Part shown: positions 9,385-17,512 of the stretch, piece by piece
How the letters are laid out: each line of letters opens with the position of its first letter
How positions within the stretch are numbered: the stretch's first letter is position 1
Assembly: GCA_035283365.1 (NCBI GenBank)
Contig: DATETY010000069.1
Coordinates: 21,432-85,431, forward strand
Origin: Thermoplasmata archaeon
GTDB lineage: Archaea; Thermoplasmatota; Thermoplasmata; RBG-16-68-12
Direction of reading: 5' to 3'
Length of the DNA: 64,000 nt
Notes under the pieces: model-generated
What the model saw: only the letters and a program-made list of their open reading frames with translations
Database searches by the model: none
What the model was told of the DNA's origin: nothing
Made by a program: the position numbers and the translations under genes

Positions 9385-10928
9385 GCCTGGGCCGGACCGC
9401 GGCGATCATCTCGTACAAGCTCCGTTTCTTCTTCGGCCCCGCGTTCCGCGGACGCTTCGGCGCGTTCGTGTACCTCGGGCTCATCCTGATCTTCGTCCCG
9501 TCCGGATGGGCCGCGGGGTTCGGGATCGGCTCGAGCCTCCGGGACGCGAGCCCCGAGGCCGCGGTCGAGATGCTGAGCCTGCCCCTCGCGGCGATCCTGT
9601 CCCTGGGGCTCCTGTATTCCCTCGGGACCGGCGTCACGGCCCACGTGTCCGAGTTCGACTTCTTCATGACGGCCCCTCTGCGGCCGCGGGAGTTCCTCGC
9701 CGCGGACCTCGTGTTCCAGTTCCTGTCCCTCCTCGTGTCGGGAGGCCTCGCGGCCGGGATCGCGGCGGTCTCCATTGTCATGACGGTCGGCCGGCCCGTC
9801 GAGACGGCCGTGGCCCTCCTCGCGATCCTCGTCGCGTACGCGTGCCTCGTCCTCATGGTCTCCCAGATCCTCGTCGTCCTGCGGGTCCGCCACCCGCGGG
9901 CGCCCGTCCGGAGCCTCACCCTCGTGCTCATCGTCCTGTCCGCCCTCCCGTCCCTCTCGATCGCCCGGCCCGACTTCCCGCTCCGCTTCACGGACCTCCC
10001 CGTGCCCTCGTCCGCGTTCGGGACCCTCGGGGTCGCGGCCCTCGGCTTCCCGGTCCCCGGGACGCCGGCCCTGGGGATCGCGATGATCTACCTCGGGGTC
10101 GTCCTCGGGGTGTGGGTCCTCGCGTCCGACGCGTACATCTTCCACGGGATCCGCCCGAGCCTGTCCGCGGGGTTCGGCCAGGTCGACATGGCGTCCCGGA
10201 TCGACACGCAGCGCCGGCTCATCGGGGGCCTGGGCCGCCTCACGACGCGGATCGGGCTCCGGACGGACCGGGGAGGCGAGACGGGCCTCATGGCCCGGCT
10301 CCACTTGATCCGGATCTGGCGGGACGGGAGCGTGTTCTTCATCCTCCTGTTCGCGGCCGTGGCGATCCTCCCCACCGTCGTGGGGGCCGGGGACTCCCTC
10401 TCGAGCGTCTCGATCAGCGTGACCCAGGTCCTCACGTTCCTCATCGCGATCCTCGCGATGAACTGGGCGTACTACGAGCGGGAGAACTTGTGGCTCGTCA
10501 TCACGTCGACAGGGCGCCCGGGCTCGTACTTCCGCGGGTTGTTCCTCGCCCTCGCGGGGATCGGGCTCGCCGTGAGCGCCGCGTTCCTCGTCGTCCTGTA
10601 CCTCACGACGGGCACGTCGCCGCCCGTCGAGTCCATCGCGCTCCCCCTCGCGGGCCCGATCGTCTCCGCGATGACCGCGGCCGCGATCATGACGCGCGCG
10701 AAGCTCAAGCCCGCCGCGTTCTCCCCCGCGATCCTGGGGATCCTGTTCGCCGTGTCGATCACGGGGTTCCTCGGGGGCCTTCTCGGAGAGGGGATCGTCC
10801 GTGCGGTCGGTCTGTTCGCCGGACTCGGGGGCGCGGCCCTCGCGGGGGTCCTCGCGGGCTACGTGATCGGGATGGGGGCCCTGGGCCTGTGGGGCGTCAC
10901 GCGCCTCGCGGCGAACTTCCGCCTCTGA
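9381..10928 (+). CDS. ABC-2-type exporter permease (polytopic membrane protein)
   Basis: ATG 9381 overlaps the ATPase stop (ATGA). 515 aa with at least 10 hydrophobic helices. It is the second half of track ORF 8580..10928. Confidence 0.75.
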   Translation: MSLGRTAAIISYKLRFFFGPAFRGRFGAFVYLGLILIFVPSGWAAGFGIGSSLRDASPEAAVEMLSLPLAAILSLGLLYSLGTGVTAHVSEFDFFMTAPLRPREFLAADLVFQFLSLLVSGGLAAGIAAVSIVMTVGRPVETAVALLAILVAYACLVLMVSQILVVLRVRHPRAPVRSLTLVLIVLSALPSLSIARPDFPLRFTDLPVPSSAFGTLGVAALGFPVPGTPALGIAMIYLGVVLGVWVLASDAYIFHGIRPSLSAGFGQVDMASRIDTQRRLIGGLGRLTTRIGLRTDRGGETGLMARLHLIRIWRDGSVFFILLFAAVAILPTVVGAGDSLSSVSISVTQVLTFLIAILAMNWAYYERENLWLVITSTGRPGSYFRGLFLALAGIGLAVSAAFLVVLYLTTGTSPPVESIALPLAGPIVSAMTAAAIMTRAKLKPAAFSPAILGILFAVSITGFLGGLLGEGIVRAVGLFAGLGGAALAGVLAGYVIGMGALGLWGVTRLAANFRL

Positions 10929-10931
10929 CGT

Positions 10932-11111
10932 TCAGTATATCGCTTCGTTGGCCCGCCGGTCTAGGACGAGCTGCCGGAAGTGCTCCGGTTTCCGGTCGAA
11001 ATCCATCTGGCATGTTTCGCTGCAGAAGTAGTACGGGATGCCCTTGTACCAGATCATCCAGAACGCGTTGTGCGGGTTCACGGGCTCCTGGCACACGGGG
11101 TCGACGGCCAT
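10932..11111 (-). CDS. YHS-domain small metal-binding protein (59 aa)
   Basis: ORF below the track cutoff: MAVDPVCQEPVNPHNAFWMIWYKGIPYYFCSETCQMDFDRKPEHFRQLVLDRRANEAIY. It fits the YHS signature DPVC...YYFCS..C...F...P..F. Confidence 0.75.
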   Translation of the reverse strand: MAVDPVCQEPVNPHNAFWMIWYKGIPYYFCSETCQMDFDRKPEHFRQLVLDRRANEAIY

Positions 11112-11176
11112 GGACCCGCCGACGAAGGCGCGCCGCGATATGAAGGCTTCGCCCTCCCGGTGCAGAGCGCCGCGCG

Positions 11177-11183
11177 TTTATAT
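11177..11183 (+). promoter_or_regulatory. TATA box for the Gfo/Idh/MocA gene
   Basis: TTTATAT lies 31-37 nt upstream of ATG 11214. Confidence 0.55.
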
Positions 11184-11213
11184 CCCGCCGGCCCATTCGC
11201 GCGTCCCGTGGCG

Positions 11214-12191
11214 ATGAAGGTCGGCGTGATCGGCGTCGGCTCGATGGGCCAGAACCACGTGCGCGTCCTCACGGAGATCGCGGACGTCGTCGGGATCGCC
11301 GATCCGGACGTGAAGGTCGGCGGCGCGGTCTCGAACCGGTTCAACGTGTCGTACTTCACGGATTACAAGGCCCTCCTCAAGGAGAAGCTCGAGGCCGTGA
11401 GCGTGTGCGTGCCGACCGAGCTCCACGAGAAAGTCGCCCTCGACGCAATCGGCCGGGGGGTCGGCGTCCTCGTCGAGAAGCCGCTCGCGGATTCCGTCGG
11501 ACCGGCACAGCGGATCGTGGAGGCCGCGGATGCCGCGGAGATCGTCCTCGCGGTGGGCCACATCGAACGGCACAACCCCGCGATCGGGGTCGTGAAGCGT
11601 CACCTCGCGGAGGGGCAGTACGGGGACCTCGTGACCGCGACGACGCGGCGCGTGTCCTCGTTCCCGGGGCGGATCCGGGACGTGGGGGTCGTCCTGGACC
11701 TCGGGGTCCACGACATCGACATCCTGCGGTACCTCGTCGGCTCCCCGGTCGAGAGCGTGTTCGCACTCGGGGGCCGGAAGGTCCACGCGCAGTTCGAGGA
11801 CCACGCGAACGTCCTCCTGCGGTTCCAGAACGGGGTGCACGGGTTCGTCGAGGTGAACTGGCTCACCCCCATGAAGGTGCGGCGGCTCGCCCTCACGTGC
11901 CTGAAGAACTTCGTCGAGGTGGACTACACGGACCAGTCCATCACGGTGAGCGCGAGCACGCTCGGGACCCTGGACCCGTACAACCTGTACCAGATCCCCC
12001 TCGAGCACCACTCCCAGCAGATCCACGTCCGCAAGGAGGAGCCCCTCAAGCGGGAGCTCGAGGATTTCCTCGACGCGGTGAAGAAGGATCGCGATCCGCT
12101 CGTCACGGGCCGGGACGCGACGGAGACCCTGCGGGTCGCGGAGGCCGCGAACGAGAGCCACCGGAAGGGGAAGCTCGTCCAGCTCCTGTAG
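11214..12191 (+). CDS. Gfo/Idh/MocA NAD-dependent oxidoreductase (WbpB-type role suggested by context)
   Basis: ATG 11214 gives MKVGVIGVGSMGQNHVRVL (Rossmann fold) and an EKPLA motif, within track ORF 10980..12191. TTTATAT lies at 11177-11183. Confidence 0.85.
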   Translation: MKVGVIGVGSMGQNHVRVLTEIADVVGIADPDVKVGGAVSNRFNVSYFTDYKALLKEKLEAVSVCVPTELHEKVALDAIGRGVGVLVEKPLADSVGPAQRIVEAADAAEIVLAVGHIERHNPAIGVVKRHLAEGQYGDLVTATTRRVSSFPGRIRDVGVVLDLGVHDIDILRYLVGSPVESVFALGGRKVHAQFEDHANVLLRFQNGVHGFVEVNWLTPMKVRRLALTCLKNFVEVDYTDQSITVSASTLGTLDPYNLYQIPLEHHSQQIHVRKEEPLKRELEDFLDAVKKDRDPLVTGRDATETLRVAEAANESHRKGKLVQLL

Positions 12192-12259
12192 GCCCGATCC
12201 GCCGTCGGGCGACCGGACGGGATCCGTGGACTCGACCATCGAGGAGTTCGGTGCCGCTC

Positions 12260-12281
12260 GTTAACCTGGTTCAAGGTTAAC
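12260..12281. repeat. AT-rich perfect hairpin between convergent genes (possible bidirectional terminator)
   Basis: GTTAACCT-ggttca-AGGTTAAC lies in the 125-nt spacer between the oxidoreductase and dehydrogenase 3' ends. Confidence 0.6.
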
Positions 12282-12316
12282 ACGGACCGCCGAGCGCCTT
12301 AGAGGTGTGCGCCTCC

Positions 12317-13615
12317 CTAGAATTGCCCTTTCCCGATCCCGCGGTACACGAAGCCGGCCTTCACGAGGGCGGGGCCGTCCAGGGCGTTCCGCCCGTCCAC
12401 GAGGACCGCGCGGCGCATCCGTCGCTTCGCGGCGCGCAGGTCGAGTCGCCGGTACGCGTCGTGGGCCGTGACGAGGGCGAGGCAGTCCGCGCCGTCCGTC
12501 GCGGCCTTCAGGTCCCGCGACACCTTGAAGCCCCGCTCCGATCGGGCGTACGGATCGTGGATCGTCACCTCGGCCCCGCGGCGCCGCAGCTCGCGGATGA
12601 ACGGGATCGCGGGCGTGTTCCGCGTGTCCTCCGTGTCCTCCCGGTACGCGAAGCCGAGGACCGCGACCCGCGCGCCTTTGATCCGACGGCCCGACGCGTG
12701 GAGGGCCTCCTCGACGAGGCGGGCCATCCGCTTGGGCATGAACTCGTTCACCCAGCGCGCCGTCGGGATGAGCTCCGGCTTGTGATGGAGGCTCGGCGAG
12801 ACGAGGAGCCACGGGTCCTTCGGGATGCAGTGGCCGCCCACGCCCGCGCCCGGGTAGAGCATCGCGCGGAACGGGCACGTGTTCACGAGCTCCCGGACGC
12901 GGAACGCGTCCACCCCGAGCTCCTCGGAGATCAGGGCGACCTCGTTCGCGAACGCGATCTGCACGTCCCAGTACGCGTTCTCGGCCGTCTTGACGACCTC
13001 CGCGGTCGTCCAGTCCGTCGCGTGGACGTCGCCTTTCACGAACCGCCGGTAGAACGCGGTCCCCTTCCGCGCCGCGCGGGGGTCCCGGGCTCCGAGGACC
13101 CGGTGGAGGTTCGTGAGGTTGTACAGGAGCTTCCCCGCCGTGACTCGCTCGGGACAGTGGACGAGGCCGAAGTCCCGGCCCGAACGCATCCCCGAGGACC
13201 GCTCGAGGACGGGTCGCACGAGCTTCTCCATCGTCCCCGGCGCCAGCGTCGACTCGATGGACACGAGCGCGCCGCGGCGCAGGTTCGGACCGAGGGACGC
13301 GAGCGCGGCCTTCAGGGCCCGGTACGAGGGGTCGTGCGTGGACGGGTCGATCGGGGTCTCCACGGCGACCACGACGACGTCCGCGGTCCGGGCCGCGGAC
13401 ATGTCCGACGTCGCGACGAGCCGCTTCCGCGAGACCTGGGTCCGGATCAGCTCCGCGAGCCCCGGCTCCCGGCCGCGCAGCGGGTTCCTCCCCGCGTTGA
13501 TCGCCTGGACCTTCTTCGGGTCGATGTCGATCCCGGCGACGCGCGCGCCCGTCGCGGCCACGGATGCGGCGACCGGCACGCCGACGTACCCGAGGCCCAC
13601 GACGGCGACTCTCAC
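12317..13615 (-). CDS. UDP-N-acetyl-hexosamine 6-dehydrogenase (WbpA/WecC family)
   Basis: VAVVGLGYVGVP Rossmann motif and catalytic GGHCIPKDP. I prefer GTG 13615 (MRVAVVGLGYVG) to track TTG 13654 because TTTAAG lies 26-31 nt upstream. Confidence 0.9.
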   Translation of the reverse strand: MRVAVVGLGYVGVPVAASVAATGARVAGIDIDPKKVQAINAGRNPLRGREPGLAELIRTQVSRKRLVATSDMSAARTADVVVVAVETPIDPSTHDPSYRALKAALASLGPNLRRGALVSIESTLAPGTMEKLVRPVLERSSGMRSGRDFGLVHCPERVTAGKLLYNLTNLHRVLGARDPRAARKGTAFYRRFVKGDVHATDWTTAEVVKTAENAYWDVQIAFANEVALISEELGVDAFRVRELVNTCPFRAMLYPGAGVGGHCIPKDPWLLVSPSLHHKPELIPTARWVNEFMPKRMARLVEEALHASGRRIKGARVAVLGFAYREDTEDTRNTPAIPFIRELRRRGAEVTIHDPYARSERGFKVSRDLKAATDGADCLALVTAHDAYRRLDLRAAKRRMRRAVLVDGRNALDGPALVKAGFVYRGIGKGQF

Positions 13616-13640
13616 GGACCGCGACCATGGAGGCCCTTCG

Positions 13641-13646
13641 CTTAAA
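13641..13646 (-). promoter_or_regulatory. TATA box for the sugar dehydrogenase gene
   Basis: TTTAAG on the minus strand lies 26-31 nt upstream of GTG 13615. Confidence 0.5.
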
Positions 13647-13719
13647 GGTTTCAATGTGGACGCGCGGGGACGAACGAATCCGCGTCGGACGCGCGGGACC
13701 GCGCGACGGGGGAGAACCG

Positions 13720-13725
13720 TTAAAT
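13720..13725 (+). promoter_or_regulatory. TATA box for wecB
   Basis: TTAAAT lies 25-30 nt upstream of GTG 13750. Confidence 0.55.
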
Positions 13726-13749
13726 GGGGAGCCCGTCCTGTGCGCCCTC

Positions 13750-14811
13750 GTGAAGGTCGCGAGCGTCGTGGGCGCTCGGCCCCAGTTCATCAAGGCGGCC
13801 CCCGTGAGCCGGGAGATCCGCCTGCACAACGAGGAGATCCTCGTCCACACGGGCCAGCACTACGACGAGAGCATGTCCGAGGTGTTCTTCGAGACCCTCG
13901 AGATCCCGCGCCCCGACTACAACCTGGGGGTCGGCTCGGGGAGCCACGCGAACCAGACCGCGGAGATGATGAAGGGCCTCGAGGCCGTGTTCGAGAAGGA
14001 GTCGCCCGACCTGGTCCTGATCTACGGGGACACGAACTCGACCCTCGCGGGGGCCCTCGTCGCCGCGAAGCTGCACGTCCCGCTCGCCCACGTGGAGGCG
14101 GGCCTCCGCTCGTACAACCGCGCGATGCCCGAGGAGGTGAACCGGGTCGTCGCGGACCACCTCTCGACTGTCCTGTTCTGCCCGACCCAGACGGCCGTCG
14201 ACAACCTCCATCGGGAGGGCCTCACGTCGGGCGTCCATCTCGTGGGCGACGTGATGTACGACGTCGCGCTCCAGAGCGCTCAGGCCGCCCGGTCCCGCTC
14301 GATCGTCGCGGACCTGGGCCTGCGCCCGGGAGACTTCCTCCTCGCGACCCTCCACCGGCCTCAGAACGTGGACGACCGGGAGACCCTCGGGAAGATCGTG
14401 ACGGCCCTCGAGACGTGCGGGCGGACCGTCGTGTTCCCCGTCCATCCGCGGACCCGGAAGCGCCTCGAGGAGGCGGGCTTGTGGGACGGCCTCCGGTCCA
14501 AGGTGAAGGCGATCGAGCCCGTCGACTACCTCGATTTCATCGCCCTCCTCCTGCGCGCGGCGAAGGTCGTCACGGACAGCGGGGGCGTCCAGAAGGAGGC
14601 GTACTTCTTCGGCGTGCCGTGCGTCACGCTCCGCGACGAGACGGAGTGGATCGAGACGGTCGAGGACGGCTGGAACGCGGTCGTGGGGACGGAGACGGCG
14701 GACGTCCTCCACGCGATCGCTCACTTCAATCCCTCCGGCACGAAGGCGAAGTCATTCGGGGACGGACATGCCGCGGAGCGGATCACGCGGATCCTCGAGA
14801 AGATCGCGTAG
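13750..14811 (+). CDS. wecB: UDP-N-acetylglucosamine 2-epimerase (WecB/WbpI family)
   Basis: Motifs VVGARPQFIK, HTGQHYD, GDTNSTLAGALVAAK and HVEAGLRS. GTG 13750 lies inside track ORF 13564..14811, with a TTAAAT box 25-30 nt upstream. Confidence 0.9.
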   Translation: MKVASVVGARPQFIKAAPVSREIRLHNEEILVHTGQHYDESMSEVFFETLEIPRPDYNLGVGSGSHANQTAEMMKGLEAVFEKESPDLVLIYGDTNSTLAGALVAAKLHVPLAHVEAGLRSYNRAMPEEVNRVVADHLSTVLFCPTQTAVDNLHREGLTSGVHLVGDVMYDVALQSAQAARSRSIVADLGLRPGDFLLATLHRPQNVDDRETLGKIVTALETCGRTVVFPVHPRTRKRLEEAGLWDGLRSKVKAIEPVDYLDFIALLLRAAKVVTDSGGVQKEAYFFGVPCVTLRDETEWIETVEDGWNAVVGTETADVLHAIAHFNPSGTKAKSFGDGHAAERITRILEKIA

Positions 14812-14825
14812 GCCCGGGCGCATCC

Positions 14826-14831
14826 CTTAAG
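14826..14831 (+). promoter_or_regulatory. TATA-like box for rhomboid
   Basis: CTTAAG (context CCTTAAGCCGG) lies 24-29 nt upstream of GTG 14855. Confidence 0.5.
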
Positions 14832-14854
14832 CCGGGGGAGCCTTTCGTCGGCCC

Positions 14855-15751
14855 GTGGACCCGCTGTCCCTCGCCGCGATCGGGGTCGTCGTGGCGAGCG
14901 CCGCCTACGCGGTGGCCCGGAAGGGGCTCCTCTCCCTCGCGTTCGGAATCGCCCTCCTCGTCGTGTTCGCGATCCAGGTCGTCGGCGCGGCGATGGCGAC
15001 GGGCGTGCCGATCGCGCTCCTCTCACCCGTCACGTTCGACCTTGCCCTCCTCGTGACGCCGCTCGGGTCGTCCGCCCCGTGGACGTGGATCACCTTCCAG
15101 TTCGTCCACGCATCCGAGACGCACCTCCTGTTCAACCTGATGGCCCTCGTGTTCATCTCTCCCGTCGTGGAGGAACGCGTCGGGACGACCGCATGGGCCG
15201 TCCTCTTCCTCGCGGGCGGCGCGTTCGGCGCCCTCGCGTTCGTCCTGATCCACGCGGGCGGCGTGGCCCTCGTCGGTGCGTCCGCAGGGATCCTCGCCGT
15301 GTTCGGAGCCCTGGGCCGCCTCTACCCTCGCGAGCGGATCCGCCTGTTCCTCCCGATCCCGGGCATGCCCGCGATCCCCGCCGCGACCCTCGTGGTCGTC
15401 TTCCTCGTCCTCGAGATGGTCCTGAGCCTCGTCGGCCCGGCGGGGATCGCATGGGAGGCCCACGTGGCCGGGATCGCGTTCGGCTTCGCGGTCGCCCCCC
15501 TCCTCGCCCGCCTGCTGCCCCTCCGGCATCGGACGGCCCGGCCCGTCGGGCTGGACGCCCTGCGGCCTCTCGCGACGACGCGGGAGCTCCAGGACATCCT
15601 CGCGGAAGCGGAGAGGGCGGACCGGCCCGAGCTCCGCGCGGCGTGGGTCGAGAAGTTCGTCCGCGGGGCTCCCTGCCCGCGGTGCGGCGGCCCGGTGCGG
15701 ATGCGACTCGGTCGCCTCGCGAGCGACTGCGGCTGGCGGACCCGCCTCTAG
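14855..15751 (+). CDS. rhomboid-family intramembrane serine protease with C-terminal zinc-ribbon-like tail
   Basis: 298 aa with 6-7 TM helices. Catalytic motifs are GASAGI (Ser) and AHVAGIAFG (His), plus HLLFNL. The C-terminus reads CPRCGGPVRMRLGRLASDCGW. GTG start. Confidence 0.85.
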   Translation: MDPLSLAAIGVVVASAAYAVARKGLLSLAFGIALLVVFAIQVVGAAMATGVPIALLSPVTFDLALLVTPLGSSAPWTWITFQFVHASETHLLFNLMALVFISPVVEERVGTTAWAVLFLAGGAFGALAFVLIHAGGVALVGASAGILAVFGALGRLYPRERIRLFLPIPGMPAIPAATLVVVFLVLEMVLSLVGPAGIAWEAHVAGIAFGFAVAPLLARLLPLRHRTARPVGLDALRPLATTRELQDILAEAERADRPELRAAWVEKFVRGAPCPRCGGPVRMRLGRLASDCGWRTRL

Positions 15752-15786
15752 GCCCACCGGGCGCAATCCTTTTGGTCCCGCGAGGG

Positions 15787-16401
15787 ATGGGAACCTCGAT
15801 GGCCGCCCCGAGCGCCCTCGTCCTCCGATGCGAGACGTGCGGCGACACGCCGCACCGCGTCCTCCGCGGGAAGGTCGGCGGGAAGGCGGAGCTCATCTTC
15901 GAGGGCGTCGTGAAGTGCACGAAGTGCGGGACCGTCCGGAACGTCGTGACGCGGGAACCCCGGCCCGTCGCGGTGCCCCTGGTCGTGTCCTGGCTCGAGG
16001 CGTCCGAGCGCACGTCCCTCGAGTTCGGACCCGACGAGGACGTCCGCGTGGGGGACGAGATCGACCTGGACGACAAGCGGGTCGAGATCACGGCCCTCGA
16101 GGCGGGCGGGGCCCGCGTGCCCGTTGCGAAGGCGAGGGATCTCGCGACGATCTGGGCCAAGCGGGCGGACCGGGTCCGCGTCAAGTTCTCCGTGAACAAG
16201 GGAAATCGCTCGGTCGCGCACGACGTGATCGCGACGCCGGACGAGGAGTTCGCGGTCGGGGACATCGTGGACCTCGGGAGGGAGCGGGCCATCGTCCACC
16301 ACGTCCGGACCGCGCACCGCACGGTCCATGAGGGCAGCGTCCGCGCGGACGAGATCGTCCGGATGTACGGCCGGGTCGTGCGGGAGCGCACGAGCCGCTG
16401 A
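15787..16401 (+). CDS. archaeal C4 zinc-finger protein (COG1326/HVO_0476-like, from memory)
   Basis: ATG 15787 (alternative 15799) lies inside track ORF 15079..16401. The product is about 200 aa with a CETCGD...CTKCG ribbon followed by a beta-rich domain. Confidence 0.7.
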   Translation: MGTSMAAPSALVLRCETCGDTPHRVLRGKVGGKAELIFEGVVKCTKCGTVRNVVTREPRPVAVPLVVSWLEASERTSLEFGPDEDVRVGDEIDLDDKRVEITALEAGGARVPVAKARDLATIWAKRADRVRVKFSVNKGNRSVAHDVIATPDEEFAVGDIVDLGRERAIVHHVRTAHRTVHEGSVRADEIVRMYGRVVRERTSR

Positions 16402-16413
16402 CCGCCCGCGCGG

Positions 16414-16620
16414 TCACGCGATTCGATGGCCGCAGGACGGGCACAAGGCCGAGTCGATCGGGATCGCGCGGCCGCACGCGCTGCCGAATCGGACGCGGAA
16501 CGGCCCGTTCGCGAGGGCCCTCAGGGCGATGAACAGGAGCCCGCCCAGGATGGACCCGACGAGGAGCAGGCTGGCGTCGAACGCCGGCCGCCCCGGGACC
16601 CCTCGCCAGTTGATCGCCAT
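16414..16620 (-). CDS. small membrane zinc-ribbon protein (68 aa), hypothetical
   Basis: Internal ATG 16620 of track ORF 16414..16833. It has one TM helix (LLLVGSILGGLLFIAL) and a C-terminal CGRAIPIDSALCPSCGH. Evidence is weak. Confidence 0.4.
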   Translation of the reverse strand: MAINWRGVPGRPAFDASLLLVGSILGGLLFIALRALANGPFRVRFGSACGRAIPIDSALCPSCGHRIA

Positions 16621-16792
16621 CACGGCGGATGTGAGAGGACCGCGACGACGAAGACCGTCCTCGACAGGGCCAAGAACCGGTTGCGGGGCTCCAAGCCTGG
16701 CGTCAGGCGGACCCGCTCCCCGCGAAGTTCGCTCCCGGCGACGGGACGGGACTCCTCTTCGATGAACCTTCGGCCGCGACGCCCGCGGAAGG

Positions 16793-16798
16793 GTTAAG
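16793..16798 (+). promoter_or_regulatory. TATA-like box for the TraB-like gene
   Basis: GTTAAG (context GTTAAGCCGGA, identical to the rnz promoter) lies 28-33 nt upstream of ATG 16826. Confidence 0.5.
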
Positions 16799-16825
16799 CC
16801 GGAAGGGACCTTCGGCGGGAGCGAG

Positions 16826-17512
16826 ATGATCACGCTCCTCGGCGTGGGTCACGTGTTCGACCTCGGCCGATCGATTCGCGCGGAGATCCAAGCGCGTCGA
16901 CCCCGGGTCGTCGCCCTCGAGCTGGACCACCCCCGGTTCGCGGCCCTCGTGGCCCGGGCCCAGGGACCCGCACGGCCCTCCTTCCTCGCCGTCCTGGGTC
17001 GGTTCCAGTCCCGGATCGCGTCCCAGTACGGGGTGCAGGTCGGGGACGAGATGCTCGCCGCGGCCCGTGCGGCCCAGGAGGTCGGGAGCGAGATCGCCCT
17101 GATCGATCGCGAGTCTCGGCAGACCCTGCTCCGCGCGTGGCGGCTCATGCCACTCCGCGAACGCGTGCGGCTCGTGACGTCCGTCCTCGGGAGCCTGTTC
17201 ATCGCCCGCACGAAGGTCGAGGAGGAGCTCGCGCGGTACGAGGCCGACGAGCGGGCCGTCATGGAGGAGTTCGCCGCGCAGCTCCCGACCGCGAAGCGCA
17301 TCCTCATCGACGAGAGGGACGAGCACATGGCGAACACCCTGAGGGACCTGCACCGGGCGAAGGGGGACGTCCTCGCGGTCGTCGGAGACGGCCACATCGA
17401 CGGGCTCCGGGCGCGGCTCTCGGACGAGGCGGTCCAGGTCGTGCGCCTCAAGCAGCTCCGCGCGCGGTCCGAACCGCCGGGCACCAGCGCGACCGTCACG
17501 TATCAGCTGTGA
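16826..17512 (+). CDS. TraB/PrgY/GumN family protein
   Basis: 228 aa MITLLGVGHVFDL...DERDEHMA...VVGDGHIDGL. GTTAAG box 28-33 nt upstream. Confidence 0.75.
   Translation: MITLLGVGHVFDLGRSIRAEIQARRPRVVALELDHPRFAALVARAQGPARPSFLAVLGRFQSRIASQYGVQVGDEMLAAARAAQEVGSEIALIDRESRQTLLRAWRLMPLRERVRLVTSVLGSLFIARTKVEEELARYEADERAVMEEFAAQLPTAKRILIDERDEHMANTLRDLHRAKGDVLAVVGDGHIDGLRARLSDEAVQVVRLKQLRARSEPPGTSATVTYQL

Noticed and set aside
10897-11196. 99-aa minus-strand ORF in the spacer between the ABC permease and the oxidoreductase.
   Set aside because: Its translation is Arg-rich and motif-less. A different minus frame encodes a textbook YHS-domain protein (10932..11111), which I annotated instead.
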